A stretch of 63,606 nucleotides of DNA, the filler included, from Octopus bimaculoides (Eukaryota), in assembly GCF_001194135.2 (NCBI RefSeq). It is 6 parts of 6 records of this genome, joined end to end, with 100 filler letters (N's around TTAATTAATTAA, not from the genome) between each part and the next. Parts side by side here need not be neighbours in the genome. Positions count along the whole stretch, not along the records: positions 1 to 6,986 come from NC_068997.1; positions 7,087 to 38,093 come from NC_068981.1; 4 more parts are not named here. One strand, given 5' to 3'. Numbering within the stretch: the stretch's first letter is position 1; every line of letters starts with the position of its first letter. Shown one piece after another: positions 1 to 13,527 of this stretch. A program made the translations under genes and the position numbers. Below the pieces are notes generated by a model that worked only from the letters and a program-made list of their open reading frames with translations, was not told the origin of the DNA and ran no database searches.

Positions 1-38
<38 letters not shown>

Positions 39-1617
39 GATATAAATATTAAATATGGATATGCACGTGCATATTCACTCCTATACGCATATGTGTGGGC
101 GTATGCATTAATATATGAATATGTTATGTAATTTTGACGCTCAAATTCTTGCAAGAAAGTTTATGTAAATGTAAGCTACGCACAATAAAATGAGCATTGC
201 AGGATCCAGCATCCTGATGATGCGGCTGAGAAAATCGGAAAACGTTGACAAGATTTGAGAACTTTACTATTGCAAACGAACTATAGAAATCTAACAAACA
301 TATCTGAAAAGAGAAAGAAAAATTAATATAAAGAATTAAATTAGAACAGTGTTTTTAAATAAATCATATCTAAAAGAAATTCTGTTATCCATATATTAAA
401 GTATGTATGTCTATATGTGTGTGTGTGTGTTTGTGTGTGNNNNNNNNNNNNNNNNNNNNNNNNNNNNNNNNNNNNNNNNNNNNNNNNNNNNNNNNNNNNN
501 NNNNNNNNNNNNNNNNNNNNNNNNNNNNNNNNNNNNNNNNNNNNNNNNNNNNNNNNNNNNNNNNNNNNNNNNNNNNNNNNNNNNNNNNNNNNNNNNNNNN
601 NNNNNNNNNNNNNNNNNNNNNNNNNNNNNNNNNNNNNNNNNNNNNNNNNNNNNNNNNNNNNNNNNNNNNNNNNNNNNNNNNNNNNNNNNNNNNNNNNNNN
701 NNNNNNNNNNNNNNNNNNTATATATATATATATATATGTATACATACATATGTATAAAAATATATATGTATATGTATTATATTACATACATATGTGTGCG
801 TCTGACTGTATACATAAATAGTTTATGAATACAAATATGTATTTGTATAGATATGTGTGCATGTATAGATGTGTGTGCATGTATAAATCTATATATATAT
901 GTATAACTATATATGTATACATATATACATCTGTATATCCATACGTACATAATGTACCCACACACACACACCCATATACATACACAGAGACACGCGTATA
1001 CATATCTATGAGAGAATTTTTACAACTATTTAGGCAGGTGGGTGTCTATACTAAAGCAATATTTATTTCTATGACCATTTAGACTACTGAGTGTTTAGTG
1101 AATTGCTTTAGGGGTTTAAATGAAAGATTATCTCAATGAGAATCTCGAAGTAATTTTGATTCGAGAAGCGAAATACATAAAATAGACGTAGATGGAGGTG
1201 AATTTAAGCCGATTCCCTCCAGATTTGTGGTAATAAACTGTAAATCTGATAATAAAAATAAAATTCTTTTGAAACCGTAATAGATGTGCTCGTATATTGA
1301 TTATTTTCACCACCAAACCATACCCATACACTCGTCCGCCATCCGCACTCACACATACAAATACAAATACACATGTATATACATGTATATATATGCATAC
1401 ATACATAAATCAATATACAGTCCGAAAGTGCACACACACACACACACACACATACACATATATATTTACACACACACACACACGCACACTCACGTAAACA
1501 CACACGCACATGCGCACGCACACTCCCGTGCGTGTGTTTTGTGTGTATTATAAATTTTTATTGCTTTTCTTTTGCATTGTGTATATGTGTCTATATATAT
1601 ATAATCTATATACGCAA

Positions 1618-1650
<33 letters not shown>

Positions 1651-1792
1651 CTTGCGTGTGTGTGTTTGTGTGTGTGTGCACAAATATATGCATACACACG
1701 CATGTACATACACACGCACATGCTTAGAAATAATGAAAAACAGAAAGTAATGAAACTTTTTCTCCGTGTTCGTGCATATATGAGTGTATATG

Positions 1793-1841
<49 letters not shown>

Positions 1842-1851
1842 NNNNNNNNNN

Positions 1852-1902
<51 letters not shown>
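1793..1902. repeat. (TG)n microsatellite with internal 10-N gap
   Basis: Pure TG run read directly; representative of many (TG)n/(TA)n tracts in the window. Confidence 0.95.
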
Positions 1903-1908
<6 letters not shown>

Positions 1909-2342
1909 ATATGTATCACACACATTACTTTTATATCATGTGTCAGAGGTTAGCGCTTTCTGTCTATTATTTCATTTTATGGGCTTTTGTCGCAGCACCA
2001 AATCATTCATAATTTTATGAATATTTGTCGAGCACTTTTGGGAAAAATGTCTCTCTAAGACTAATTACGTTGCACCCGGAGGACAAGACATATGCCGTGT
2101 TACCGAGTGTACGTACACATACATACACACACATAAATGCATTCAAGCCTGTGTACTTGCATATATAAATGTTTATACATGTGTGTGTATATTTAATCTA
2201 CAGTAAATATATATTATATATTATATATATATATATATGTATATATGTATTTATGTATATCTATACATATATGTATATGTGTGTGGATGGGGTGTATACA
2301 TACATACATACATACATACATACATACATGCATGCATGCATG

Positions 2343-2374
<32 letters not shown>

Positions 2375-2451
2375 CATACATACATACGTTCATACATACA
2401 TACATCCGCATGTATGTGCGTGTGTATGGAGACTGACAAGCAGACAAACAG

Positions 2452-2564
<113 letters not shown>

Positions 2565-3333
2565 TAGGGGAGGAAAGAGTCTGAAATATTCCTTTGACGT
2601 TAATACAGATGATTCGATGTATTATCCCAAAAAGGTTATATCATTGTTTCACTTTACTGTGTATATTGAGTACTTTTGTCCGTGTAAACTATAATCTTTT
2701 ACATGCATGTATGTGCATGTATGTTTATGTATGTATGCATGTATCTATGTCAATGCTTATACGTGTGTGTTAATATAGATGCGATTGATGCGTATGTGTG
2801 CGTAGAAATGTATGTAAACAAGCCACAAATACACACGGGATACATAAAATTATATTTATGGGAAAAGTATGGAGAGATTGAGAATGAAGGGGTTACACAA
2901 ATAAACGTTATGTTAATGAGTGAGTTGTACAGAGTGACTGAGAGGGTGAGAGTGATGGAGAGAAAGATAGAGTGCTTTTAGCAAATGCTTGTATGTATTA
3001 AAATGTAAGTTCTTCTTAAAAGCAAATAAGAAAGTAAAAGTGAATATTCACAGCGGTCCTTGACTTCTGTTTCCTGTTTAGCCCGAAGACAGAACCTACC
3101 CCTTTGAACGTCGCTCTAACAAGTCTCGCTGAAGACGCCTATATATATATATATACATACATGCATATATATGTATGTGTGTGTGTGTGAATGTCTGTGT
3201 GTATGTATGTATGTATGCATGTATGTATGTATGTATGTATGTATGTATGTATGTATGCATGTATGTGTGCATGCATGTATGTAAGTATTTATCTATTATC
3301 TAGACAGACAGACGGACAGACAGACAGACAGAC

Positions 3334-3382
<49 letters not shown>

Positions 3383-3564
3383 TGGGTTTGTTAGAAGAAG
3401 TAGGATAAATAAATGGAACTCAAATCAAGCGAATATGTTTTCTCAGTTTACAGAATTGAGTGAAGGACTAAGCGTTTCATTCGTGACATTCATCAAAAGA
3501 GTGATAAGCGCCATTCACGAAACTGTCGGTCCTCGCGTCACTTTTGTAAACTTTTACCGATTTA

Positions 3565-3604
<40 letters not shown>

Positions 3605-3902
3605 NNNNNNNNNNNNNNNNNNNNNNNNNNNNNNNNNNNNNNNNNNNNNNNNNNNNNNNNNNNNNNNNNNNNNNNNNNNNNNNNNNNNNNNNNNNNNNNN
3701 NNNNNNNNNNNNNNNNNNNNNNNNNNNNNNNNNNNNNNNNNNNNNNNNNNNNNNNNNNNNNNNNNNNNNNNNNNNNNNNNNNNNNNNNNNNNNNNNNNNN
3801 NNNNNNNNNNNNNNNNNNNNNNNNNNNNNNNNNNNNNNNNNNNNNNNNNNNNNNNNNNNNNNNNNNNNNNNNNNNNNNNNNNNNNNNNNNNNNNNNNNNN
3901 NN

Positions 3903-4375
3903 AACCGTTATTATTGGTATAAACGTGAATTTATAATCTGGATATAGAAGCTGAAGGTTTCGAAGCAGTTGTCCATGATTATCCTCTTTTTCTTTGATTT
4001 TCGAAGAGATATTCACATCAGCAAGACGCTGGCGGTACATTCTCTGTGCCGATACATACTTTAACTTGCCCGTCCCAAACAATAATATCCGTCTTGATAT
4101 GCTTTCATTTGACATGTTTTGATGGGAATGTCCCACCAATATTCCTTATGCTTTTTTTTTTTGTTTACTTATTTTATTTATTTCTTTTTGGTATGCTTAG
4201 CGTTTCACACTCAGGTCTTCTTTGACGTATGTTAGTCCGGCTGTTTTGAGCTTGTATGTGAGGTCCTCAGGAAGAGAGTGCTTCCTAAGGGGCTCACTGC
4301 CAGCGCGTAGGATATTCTTCTCTTCACTTTTCAGCACTAAGTTGATGTATTTATTTTTGCCGCTCTTGCTTAACA
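3903..4375 (-). mobile_element. R4/Dong-like (RLE-type) non-LTR retrotransposon fragment
   Basis: Minus strand translates DVNISSKIKEKEDNHGQLLRNLQLLYPDYKFTFIPII, resembling the restriction-like endonuclease C-terminus. Upstream HLLSKSGKNKYINLVLK resembles the post-RT region. Broken by deletions and a gap. Confidence 0.6.
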
Positions 4376-5239
4376 AGTGAGAGAGATAGTACTACATTCG
4401 AAGACTGTCGGCACTGATCTCAAGCCGCTACCACCTTCATCTCCTCTTACGTAGAGCTTGTCAAAATGTATGTATGTATGTATGCATGCATGCATGTATG
4501 TATGTACATATGCATGCATGCATGTATGTATGTATGTATTTCTTGCAGATTGCAGAACCATTGTATTTGAGCTACTACCACCAGATTCTCGCTACTACAA
4601 TCAGAAACTCCATACTGGCAGTGACAAGACATTACTTCCAATTTGTGGCCTCATGATGTCGACGGTGGCATGAGGATCTACATCTTTTCAGTAATGCAAT
4701 GTTGACAGTTCCAGTCCCTGGTATCTTATGGGATGTCACTACCAACAATGACCCATATTACTGGAAGATTTGTTAGTGTTCAGTCCTTTAGTTTATAGGT
4801 CAACATAGACAGCGGTATAGAATTTTCCCTCTTTCTTCACCCAGAATAAATGGAAATATTGAAAGAAACGCTACTCGAATATGTTCGCAGTTAGACCCGT
4901 GTGATTCCGTTCAACATCATCGGTAGGTAGGGGTCTTACGGTTGCTTGGTATACTTCTTAAGGAAGGCAGGATTTCATCATGGGACTTGATGATGACTTT
5001 TGGGTGTGTTCGTGGGAGGTTTTTTAGCAGTCGATGTTGTCTTGCCAGCTATGTTGTCTTTACAGAAATAACTGACTGTAATGTTATGTGAATTGAAGTG
5101 CTTACAGTATTTATATTATAAATATAAACGCTATTTCATCTTGTGCTCGCAATTCTCCATCTTCGTAGATATATGCTACACACACACACTTACATGGTGA
5201 TTTCTCTATCTTCGCAGATAATTGTCGTCTCCTTGTGCT

Positions 5240-5470
5240 TCCTCATTGCTAATAGCATTTCTGATTTCCCTTCCATGACCTCTCAGATGGCTATTCAGTC
5301 CCGTTGAAGATTTTCATGGTTTAGAGCATAAGTGACAGACGAAATTTGCTGCGTACTTGCGCTTCCAGCTGGTTAGGTTCTCACATGTCGCCACTTTTCC
5401 ATTGCCATAGGACTTTCAGTAGACGGAATGATGAATAAGACCATCATAAAGAGACATCTGTACATTACAG
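5240..5470 (-). mobile_element. RTE-like LINE 3' end with C2H2-type knuckle relic
   Basis: Minus strand gives FVCHLCSKP*KSSTGLNSHLRGH, matching the CxxC...GLxSHxRxH C-terminal motif of RTE-clade ORF2. Contains stops. Confidence 0.55.
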
Positions 5471-5720
5471 GATTATAATGATAAAGGCTTGCATGACACA
5501 AGTATCACTCTGAGTCTTTAATGAGTTTCTAGGATCAGGCCGAAACGAGATAATCAGTAATCACCTAAAACTAAAAGTTTTGAATTAGAGTGACGCTCTT
5601 CCAGAAAGATGAGGTGTCAACAGCTCGGGGTCCCTCACTCACAATGGTCTTTACTCTGGGTTAACTAGCATAGATAATAACAATCTATCAGAGCAAGGAG
5701 AGATAAATACATACATACAT

Positions 5721-5767
<47 letters not shown>

Positions 5768-6268
5768 NNNNNNNNNNNNNNNNNNNNNNNNNNNNNNNNN
5801 NNNNNNNNNNNNNNNNNNNNNNNNNNNNNNNNNNNNNNNNNNNNNNNNNNNNNNNNNNNNNNNNNNNNNNNNNNNNNNNNNNNNNNNNNNNNNNNNNNNN
5901 NNNNNNNNNNNNNNNNNNNNNNNNNNNNNNNNNNNNNNNNNNNNNNNNNNNNNNNNNNNNNNNNNNNNNNNNNNNNNNNNNNNNNNNNNNNNNNNNNNNN
6001 NNNNNNNNNNNNNNNNNNNNNNNNNNNNNNNNNNNNNNNNNNNNNNNNNNNNNNNNNNNNNNNNNNNNNNNNNNNNNNNNNNNNNNNNNNNNNNNNNNNN
6101 NNNNNNNNNNNNNNNNNNNNNNNNNNNNNNNNNNNNNNNNNNNNNNNNNNNNNNNNNNNNNNNNNNNNNNNNNNNNNNNNNNNNNNNNNNNNNNNNNNNN
6201 NNNNNNNNNNNNNNNNNNNNNNNNNNNNNNNNNNNNNNNNNNNNNNNNNNNNNNNNNNNNNNNNNNNN

Positions 6269-6306
<38 letters not shown>

Positions 6307-6762
6307 GTGTGGTATATATCTGTATGTCTACGTGTGTGTGTATATATGTATATCTACGAATGTATATATGATTCAGGACGCTACCACTTTTAATTACTAT
6401 ATAGATATATATTTGCCGGACGTCAAACTATATCTCGTGTTTATTATCTCAAATCATTATCTCAAATCATTATCTAAACCAAGAACAGTGAATCTACAAC
6501 GGATTGATTTATGGTTTAGGAATATTCAAAAGAGAGAGCAGCTTGCACTGAATATCGGGATGTGAGGTTTTTCAACGAACGGAGTGAGAACAACGGAGAA
6601 AGATTCCCAGCGACTGGTGAAAAAAAAATGCAAATGACTTGTATAGATATGTCGATGTCGGTACGTAGATGACAGCTGGAAACCCCTTGATAAGAACAAT
6701 TTTGTGTGTGTGAGTGTGTGTGTAATTTTATATATATATATATGCTCTTTTACTCTTTTACT

Positions 6763-6986
6763 CTTTTACATGTTTCAGTCGTTTGACTGTGGCCATGCTG
6801 GAGCACCACCTTTAGTCGAGCAAATCGACCCCAGGACTTATTCTTTGTAAGCCTAGTACTTATTCTATCGGTCTCTTTTTGCCGAACAGCAAAGTGACGG
6901 GGACATAAACACACCAGCATCGGTTGTCAAGCAATGCTAGCGGGACAAACACAGACAGACAAACATACACACACATGCATATATAT
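6763..6986 (-). mobile_element. CORE-type SINE family B, 3' half (truncated at gap)
   Basis: gtttcagtcgtttgactgtggccatgctggagcacc...tcggttgtcaagcaatg matches the reverse complement of the copies at 7645 and 62498. Confidence 0.85.
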
Positions 6987-7104
6987 NNNNNNNNNNNNNN
7001 NNNNNNNNNNNNNNNNNNNNNNNNNNNNNNTTAATTAATTAANNNNNNNNNNNNNNNNNNNNNNNNNNNNNNNNNNNNNNNNNNNNTGGCTAATAAAAGA
7101 AATG

Positions 7105-7154
<50 letters not shown>

Positions 7155-7175
7155 CCTGTCTGTCTGTCTGCCTGC

Positions 7176-7243
<68 letters not shown>

Positions 7244-7644
7244 ATACATATACTCATACACACGCACTTTCATGCATACGAGCATATCTATATGCATGAG
7301 CAGATGTTTGGAAATGTAAAAGGCACCCTTTTTAAATAAACACATCATCAGTAGCTTTTCTTAGTGTTTGGTAGCACAGATTTTACATCTCTACGAGTAA
7401 AATAAGTGAGGTGACATCTTTAGGGAGTGAATACCAATGGCTTGTCCACAGAGATGTTAGGAGCATGAAAGAACGGCACAGAAAAAGTTATTTCTACATA
7501 AAAAGACTAGTAACTAGTGAGATCGCTCCTTATATTTCTGCCAGTGGAGAAATAAAACTTATGGCGTAACCATGTTGTGTACTTGAATAAAGTTACAATT
7601 TTACGATTATCATTCAAGAAGAAGTATATATCACATCTCAAATT

Positions 7645-7980
7645 AAACTGTGTGGTAAGAAGCATGCTTCTCAACCTCACTGTTCTGGGTTCCGTCCCAC
7701 TGCGTGGCACTTTGGGCAAGAGACTTCTGGTATAGTCTCGGGCCGACCAAGGTCCTATGAGTGGATTTGGTATATATTTATATGTGTCTCTGTCTGTCTC
7801 TTTACCATCACTTGACAACTGATGTTGGTGTGTTTATGTCCCCGTAACTTAGTGGTTCGGCAAAAGAGAACGATAAAATAAGTTCTGGGTTCGATTTCTG
7901 CGACTAAAATATCCTCTAAGGCGGTGCTCCTGTATGGCTGCAGTCAAATGATTGATACAAGTAAAAGAATAAAAGAATAC
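7645..7980 (+). mobile_element. CORE-type SINE family B
   Basis: tRNA-like head (tgtgtggtaag...gggttccgtccc), CORE-like ctttgggcaagagacttc, and the shared 3' tail gcggtgctcc...cagtcaaatgattgatacaagtaaaag. Confidence 0.85.
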
Positions 7981-8098
7981 TCTTACACACACACGCGCGC
8001 ACGCACGCACATACACACACACATACACACACACACAAACACACACACACACGCATGTATATATTTACACGCACGAACACACACACGCATATATATTC

Positions 8099-8129
<31 letters not shown>

Positions 8130-8896
8130 CACACGTACACGCAAATATATATGCACACATATATACACATCTATCTATCTATCTAACTATCTATCTATTT
8201 GTATGCATACATACATATANNNNNNNNNNNNNNNNNNNNNNNNNNNNNNNNNNNNNNNNNNNNNNNNNNNNNNNNNNNNNNNNNNNNNNNNNNNNNNNNN
8301 NNNNNNNNNNNNNNNNNNNNNNNNNNNNNNNNNNNNNNNNNNNNNNNNNNNNNNNNNNNNNNNNNNNNNNNNNNNNNNNNNNNNNNNNNNNNNNNNNNNN
8401 NNNNNNNNNNNNNNNNNNNNNNNNNNNNNNNNNNNNNNNNNNNNNNNNNNNNNNNNNNNNNNNNNNNNNNNNNNNNNNNNNNNNNNNNNNNNNNNNNNNN
8501 NNNNNNNNNNNNNNNNNNNNNNNNNNNNNNNNNNNNNNNNNNNNNNNNNNNNNNGGGCAAACATTTTAACGTTTTTTTTTTCCAACCATGTTCAAACTGC
8601 AAATTTAAATATCAAGCACTAATGAACATTTTGAAACTTTACCAAAAAAAAAGCAGCTCTTCGTCGTCACTCAGTTTCCTTTACAAACTACCATCTCAGC
8701 TCCTCTCTCTTTTTTTTTTTTACCATACTTCTCTTTTAGGAAGAAATATAGTGATACAGAGAGAAGGATATTTCTAACGTTTTATCTTCTGCTTTATCTG
8801 TTCATCTTTTCCTATTACTTTTCTCTTCGTCATCTATCTATCTATCTATCGATCGATCAATCCGTCTGTCTGTTTGTTTGTCTGTCTGTCTATGTA

Positions 8897-8932
<36 letters not shown>

Positions 8933-9002
8933 TATTTGTATGCACATCAGTATTCTTGGGATTTGAAAGTAGTCGTATTCGCCACCTCTTTGATACAGTC
9001 AG

Positions 9003-9010
9003 TAACAACA

Positions 9011-9066
<56 letters not shown>

Positions 9067-9095
9067 AGCTGCTGCTGCTGCAACTACTATTACTA
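9003..9095. repeat. Compound (CTA)n-(CTG)n trinucleotide repeat
   Basis: Direct reading. Confidence 0.95.
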
Positions 9096-9238
9096 TTACA
9101 ACTGTTGCAGTTAGTAGTATCACCTGAATTTCCTTCTTCGCGTATCTCTTCTATTGCTCTAATCCTTAAGCACAAATCCCTGAAACTCCACCAAAACATT
9201 AGAACAACTTAAATACAGGAAAAAAAAAGAACAAGCCA

Positions 9239-9291
<53 letters not shown>

Positions 9292-9429
9292 TTTTAGAAA
9301 ATGAAACAGCTATCAAAATGAAAAACGAAAAACAACTAAAACTCCAACAACTATTAATAATAATTACAACCCCGGACATCAATTCCATCATCATCAAAAA
9401 GAAAATTAACACCAATAAAAAAAAATAAC

Positions 9430-9726
9430 GTTCACGATGCCGACGACGACGACAACGGTGACGATGATGATGATGATGGTGATGCTGATAATCATGATGT
9501 GGATGATGTTGATGATGATAATATTGTTGGGGGATAGGAATAATGATGAAATTGATGGTGATAATGATAATGATGATGATGATAATCATAGCAATAATGA
9601 TAAATAATAACACTAATGATAATAATAATAATAATAATAATGATAATAACAACAACAATTGTAGTAGTAATAATAATAATGATGATGATGATAATAATAA
9701 TAATAATAATGATAATAATAATAATG

Positions 9727-9787
<61 letters not shown>

Positions 9788-9798
9788 TGATGATGATG

Positions 9799-9831
<33 letters not shown>

Positions 9832-9875
9832 TTAATAATAATGATGATGATGATGATGATAATAATGATAATAAT
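9430..9875. repeat. Large compound (GAT)n/(AAT)n trinucleotide array
   Basis: Direct reading; source of the spurious poly-N/D and poly-I ORFs. Confidence 0.95.
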
Positions 9876-10706
9876 TTTTTGAGTTTGATAAATGGATTGA
9901 TTAGCAAAACCATTCCCATTCGCGGTAGTTCATTACGAATTCAAAGGAAAGCATCCCGTGCTTTTATTTTATTTTCAATTTTTTTTTTTTAAACTTTGTT
10001 TTTCTAAATATTTTTCTCTCACTCTTTCTCTGTTGCTTCTTTCACTACCGAGTCATTTTTTTGCTAGTTCTAAATTATCTTTTTTTTCCAAGTGCAATAA
10101 ATCATCGGCTGGATGATGAACAGGCACCTTTGTAGTTAACATCATTAGCAAATCTGAGATAGAAGTGGTTGGTAATATCACTGATCGAAAATACTACTAC
10201 TCATGCTTCTACATATTTTCCTTTATTCCGTGAAGTTTTCCAAATCTCTGATTTCCATAGTCAGCCCCCCTTCCCTCACCGAATAATGACATTACACGAT
10301 AAAAGTGAATCTCTTAACCCATTAGGTCGTTGGCACACAACTTCATATTTCATATTCAAATAGTTGAGACTTGTTGCGCTCTCCACATTAACGTCTCACA
10401 TAGTTTAAAGTCAATACTGAAATGCAGCGAGACTACAACAAAAGTAGAAAATCGAGATATCATCTTGTCGTGAGAGGAAGATTTTTACTCTTTTTCGACG
10501 TCATATGGCCGGTTAAATCTGTGTGATATATCAACAGTCTTAGAGAAATTCCCATTCAGAATATCAAGAACAGAATTTGCCAATGATCGATTACATCGGT
10601 GGTCACACTACAGGATGGAACTCCCCGCACCGAAGTACAAAACGCTCCAAAACACTCAACATTTTATTTACATGTTATAAATAAAGAAGCGGTTACTATA
10701 ATTACT

Positions 10707-11098
10707 AAGGCAGTGAGCTGGCAGAAACGTTAGCACGCCGGGCGAAATGCTTAGTGGTATTTCGTCTACCGCTACGTTCTGAGTTCAAATTCCACTGAGG
10801 TCGACTTTGCCTGTCATCCTTTCGGCGGTCGATAAATTAAGAACTAGTTACGCACTGGGGTCGATATAATCGACTTAATCCGTTTGTCTGTCCTTGTTTG
10901 TCCCCTCTGTGTGTAGCCCCTTGTGGGCAGTAAAGAAATAAGAAACGTTAGCACGCCGGGCAAAATGCTTACTGGCATTTCGTACGTTCTGAGTTCAAAT
11001 TCCAGCGAGTTTGCCTTTTATCCTTTAGGTGTCGATAAAATAGGGACCAGTGAAACACTCACCCCAAAATATCAGGCTTTGTGCCTTTAATAGAAAGG
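10707..11098 (+). mobile_element. tRNA-derived SINE family A, head-to-tail dimer
   Basis: aaggcagtgagctggcagaaacgttagcacgccgggcgaaatgcttag...gagttcaaattcc...gtcgataaattaag; a second 5'-truncated unit starts near 10943. Confidence 0.9.
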
Positions 11099-11108
11099 TT
11101 TATTACGA

Positions 11109-11755
11109 TTGAGTGGGAGTGCAGCGCATGACATCAAAGTGACACTGGGGTAAAATATATGAAGCGCAATATACCTATCATGACTACCCGTCCGATAAGG
11201 GTGCACCAGGCACATGCATTACAACCATTACATGCGCGATTTGGTGATCTCATATCAAGATAAACAGCCCATGACCTTGCAGGTGGGGCCCAGTTAGAAC
11301 TTTCTTCAGGTCGAGTAGCCTATCACGCTCAAAAGGTCCCTGAATAAGGGTTGTTTAAGGAAGATGAACGAAATACCCATGTTTCCAGAGGTGAATTATT
11401 CAAAAAATTCCTCTCAACACATGGGTATGATACTACTCCTCTATTTCTGGTCGTGATCAGAAATGCACATATCGTCAACCACTAAGGGACATGTTTAGCT
11501 GGTTAAGGTCAAGCAACTAACAAGTAAAGCTGTGGTGTTGAGCAGAATATTTGCTGTAGCCCATCTTTTATTATTATTATTTTCCCATACCATGAAGGTG
11601 ACTCTGGGATACAATTATACGAAGCGCAATATACCCATCATGACTACTTGTCAGATAAGAGTATACCAGGCCACATGCATCACAACCATAATTGCGCGAT
11701 TTGGTGATCTCATATCAAGATTAACAGCGCGTGACCTTGCAGGCGGGGACCAATT
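11109..11755 (-). mobile_element. Unclassified interspersed repeat family D (one long copy plus a partial adjacent copy)
   Basis: 11109-11570 and 11597-11755 both align with 51205-51542 (aaagtgacactggggtaa...gatctcatatcaagataaacagc...ggcccagttagaa). Orientation is inferred from the AAT-rich tail of the 51.2-kb copy. Confidence 0.75.
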
Positions 11756-11876
11756 AAAACGACTGCCAATGTGTTTAAAGTTGAACAGATTATCATGTAG
11801 TAGAAATGGTTAAACTGAAAGCTCATAAGATAATGAACGTTCAGTCGCAAGAAATAAGCATGATTTGGGAATGTGA

Positions 11877-13527
11877 GTTATTTATTTGAATTGCTGTAAA
11901 ACGAAAGTTGCAAGAGAATTAGCTGGTGGAAAGGAATGAGATATTAGGAAACTTTAATTCTTGAAGCATCATTTCAGAAATGAATTGCATTTGGGCTTTG
12001 TACATATGTTCAGGCTACAAAACACAGTCATTACTTGTAAAGGGAGTGCAACATCTGTTAAACGAGAGTGAGTGGGAGTGAGAGAGAAAACTATAAAATC
12101 TAGATAAGTTCAAACTTTTTATCGACAGTCTGTGGTTAACTGTTAAAAGAAACAACTTATTGTTTATATTTAGTACATGTTAGTAGACATGTAAAGTATA
12201 TTCAACTCGCAGAGAACCGAGGGAAGAAAAATACATTTGATTTTAATTTCTTGAGACTATCAACTATATTGTTCAGAAATTGTTCGAAGAAATAATATCA
12301 GTGGATTTCCACATTATAACAGTTGGCGAAACCACAAATATATCGGTCATCAAATGTCGCATTCTGTACTTCAATTTTAGATTTAAGGCTTGTACTGTGT
12401 ATAAAACATTTTTGTGAAACAGTTCAGTTTGGCTATTTTCTTGCTTTAGAAACGAAGTGGTTTTACTCAAGAAATGGTGATGTGTATGTTTTTGGATCGT
12501 CAGTAATGTTGGGTAGAGTTAGTAGTGTCGTAGCACATTTAATCGGAGAAGCTGTGAAGCACAACACAAAGTGATGAGGATTTGTGATACAAGGAAAGAG
12601 TCCAATCTAATAAGAAACTTTGATGAAAACAATCTATACTGCGTTTGATCGATCTGCATTTAAAAGATGTAACTTTGAACAAATTCTAGAAATGAAGCCG
12701 TTACTTATAGACAACTCAATGAAGTCAAATAATTATGTAGACTCGTGGCATTGAAGCCAGCAATACTATAATAAAATTATGAGTTATTGATCACATATTT
12801 TGAAAAAGATAAGTCAAAATAACCCTGCGGCTAAAAACTGTCGTAAGAAATTGATAAACATCACATACAATACAGGTTTAAAAGATGTCTTTGAAGAACT
12901 GACTACACGTTATAAGAATCTGCAAAAGAGAGTCTGACAACGATTGATTCACTCCATTTTGCACAAGGCAAAATTAACATGATAAGAAACCAGTATGTGA
13001 AAGACAATATTTCGCAGAATGATAACATTAAAGTTTTACTCTGCCAACAAAGTTAAGAAAACTGTAAATACAAGCTCACTGTTGACTGATATAAATTGTC
13101 TTTGAGTTCATTTTCATTAAAAGTTTCCCAAAAATGAAGTATAAGAACGGTTAATTTTTGACCTCGCTGCAGTTGCAGATTATGACTTCACATCTGGTGA
13201 TGAATAAATTATTGACGTATGCATGAAATATCATAATCTTCTACCTAAAATAACATGGTTTTAAGTAATTTAATGATTACAAATTTCTATTGAAATAATA
13301 AGAATTAATATAAATTTCAACCTTTAATCAGGTTGTGGCAGTTGTACCTCAAAATGAACAATTTAAGATATTGCAAAGTTATTGGAGGTGGGAGAATCTT
13401 TTGCGTATTTAGTGTGGACTATGAGTTAGATTTTAGTATAATGAATCAATTTGAGAAAAGTTATCGAACTGGAGATATGGCCAAAATGTATGTAGCAGAC
13501 AAGAGTCAATTAACAGTCTTAAAATAA
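11877..13527 (+). pseudogene. Decayed hAT-superfamily (ZNF862-like) transposase
   Basis: Collinear broken motifs: CCKTKVARELAGGKE*DIRKL*FLKHHF; FHIITVGETTNISVIK (DESTD-like); GSSVMLGRVSSVVAHL (DGASVMxG-like); ETLMKTIYTAFDRS; YRQLNEVK* (RW motif position); SVDYELDFSIMN (dimerisation-domain SxxCERxFSxM-like). Many stops and frameshifts. Confidence 0.8.

Noticed and set aside
3472-3532. Back-to-back hammerhead-like strings on opposite strands
   Set aside because: Cores have one or two mismatches (TTGATGA, CAAAAGA) and one stem II has only 2 bp; too weak to call.
9239-9992. Poly-Asn/Asp and poly-Leu/Ile ORFs
   Set aside because: Pure trinucleotide arrays with no flanking coding signal.
10113-10157. 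ATGATGA...CTGA suggesting a C/D box snoRNA
   Set aside because: Only 45 nt, with no terminal stem and no recognisable guide.
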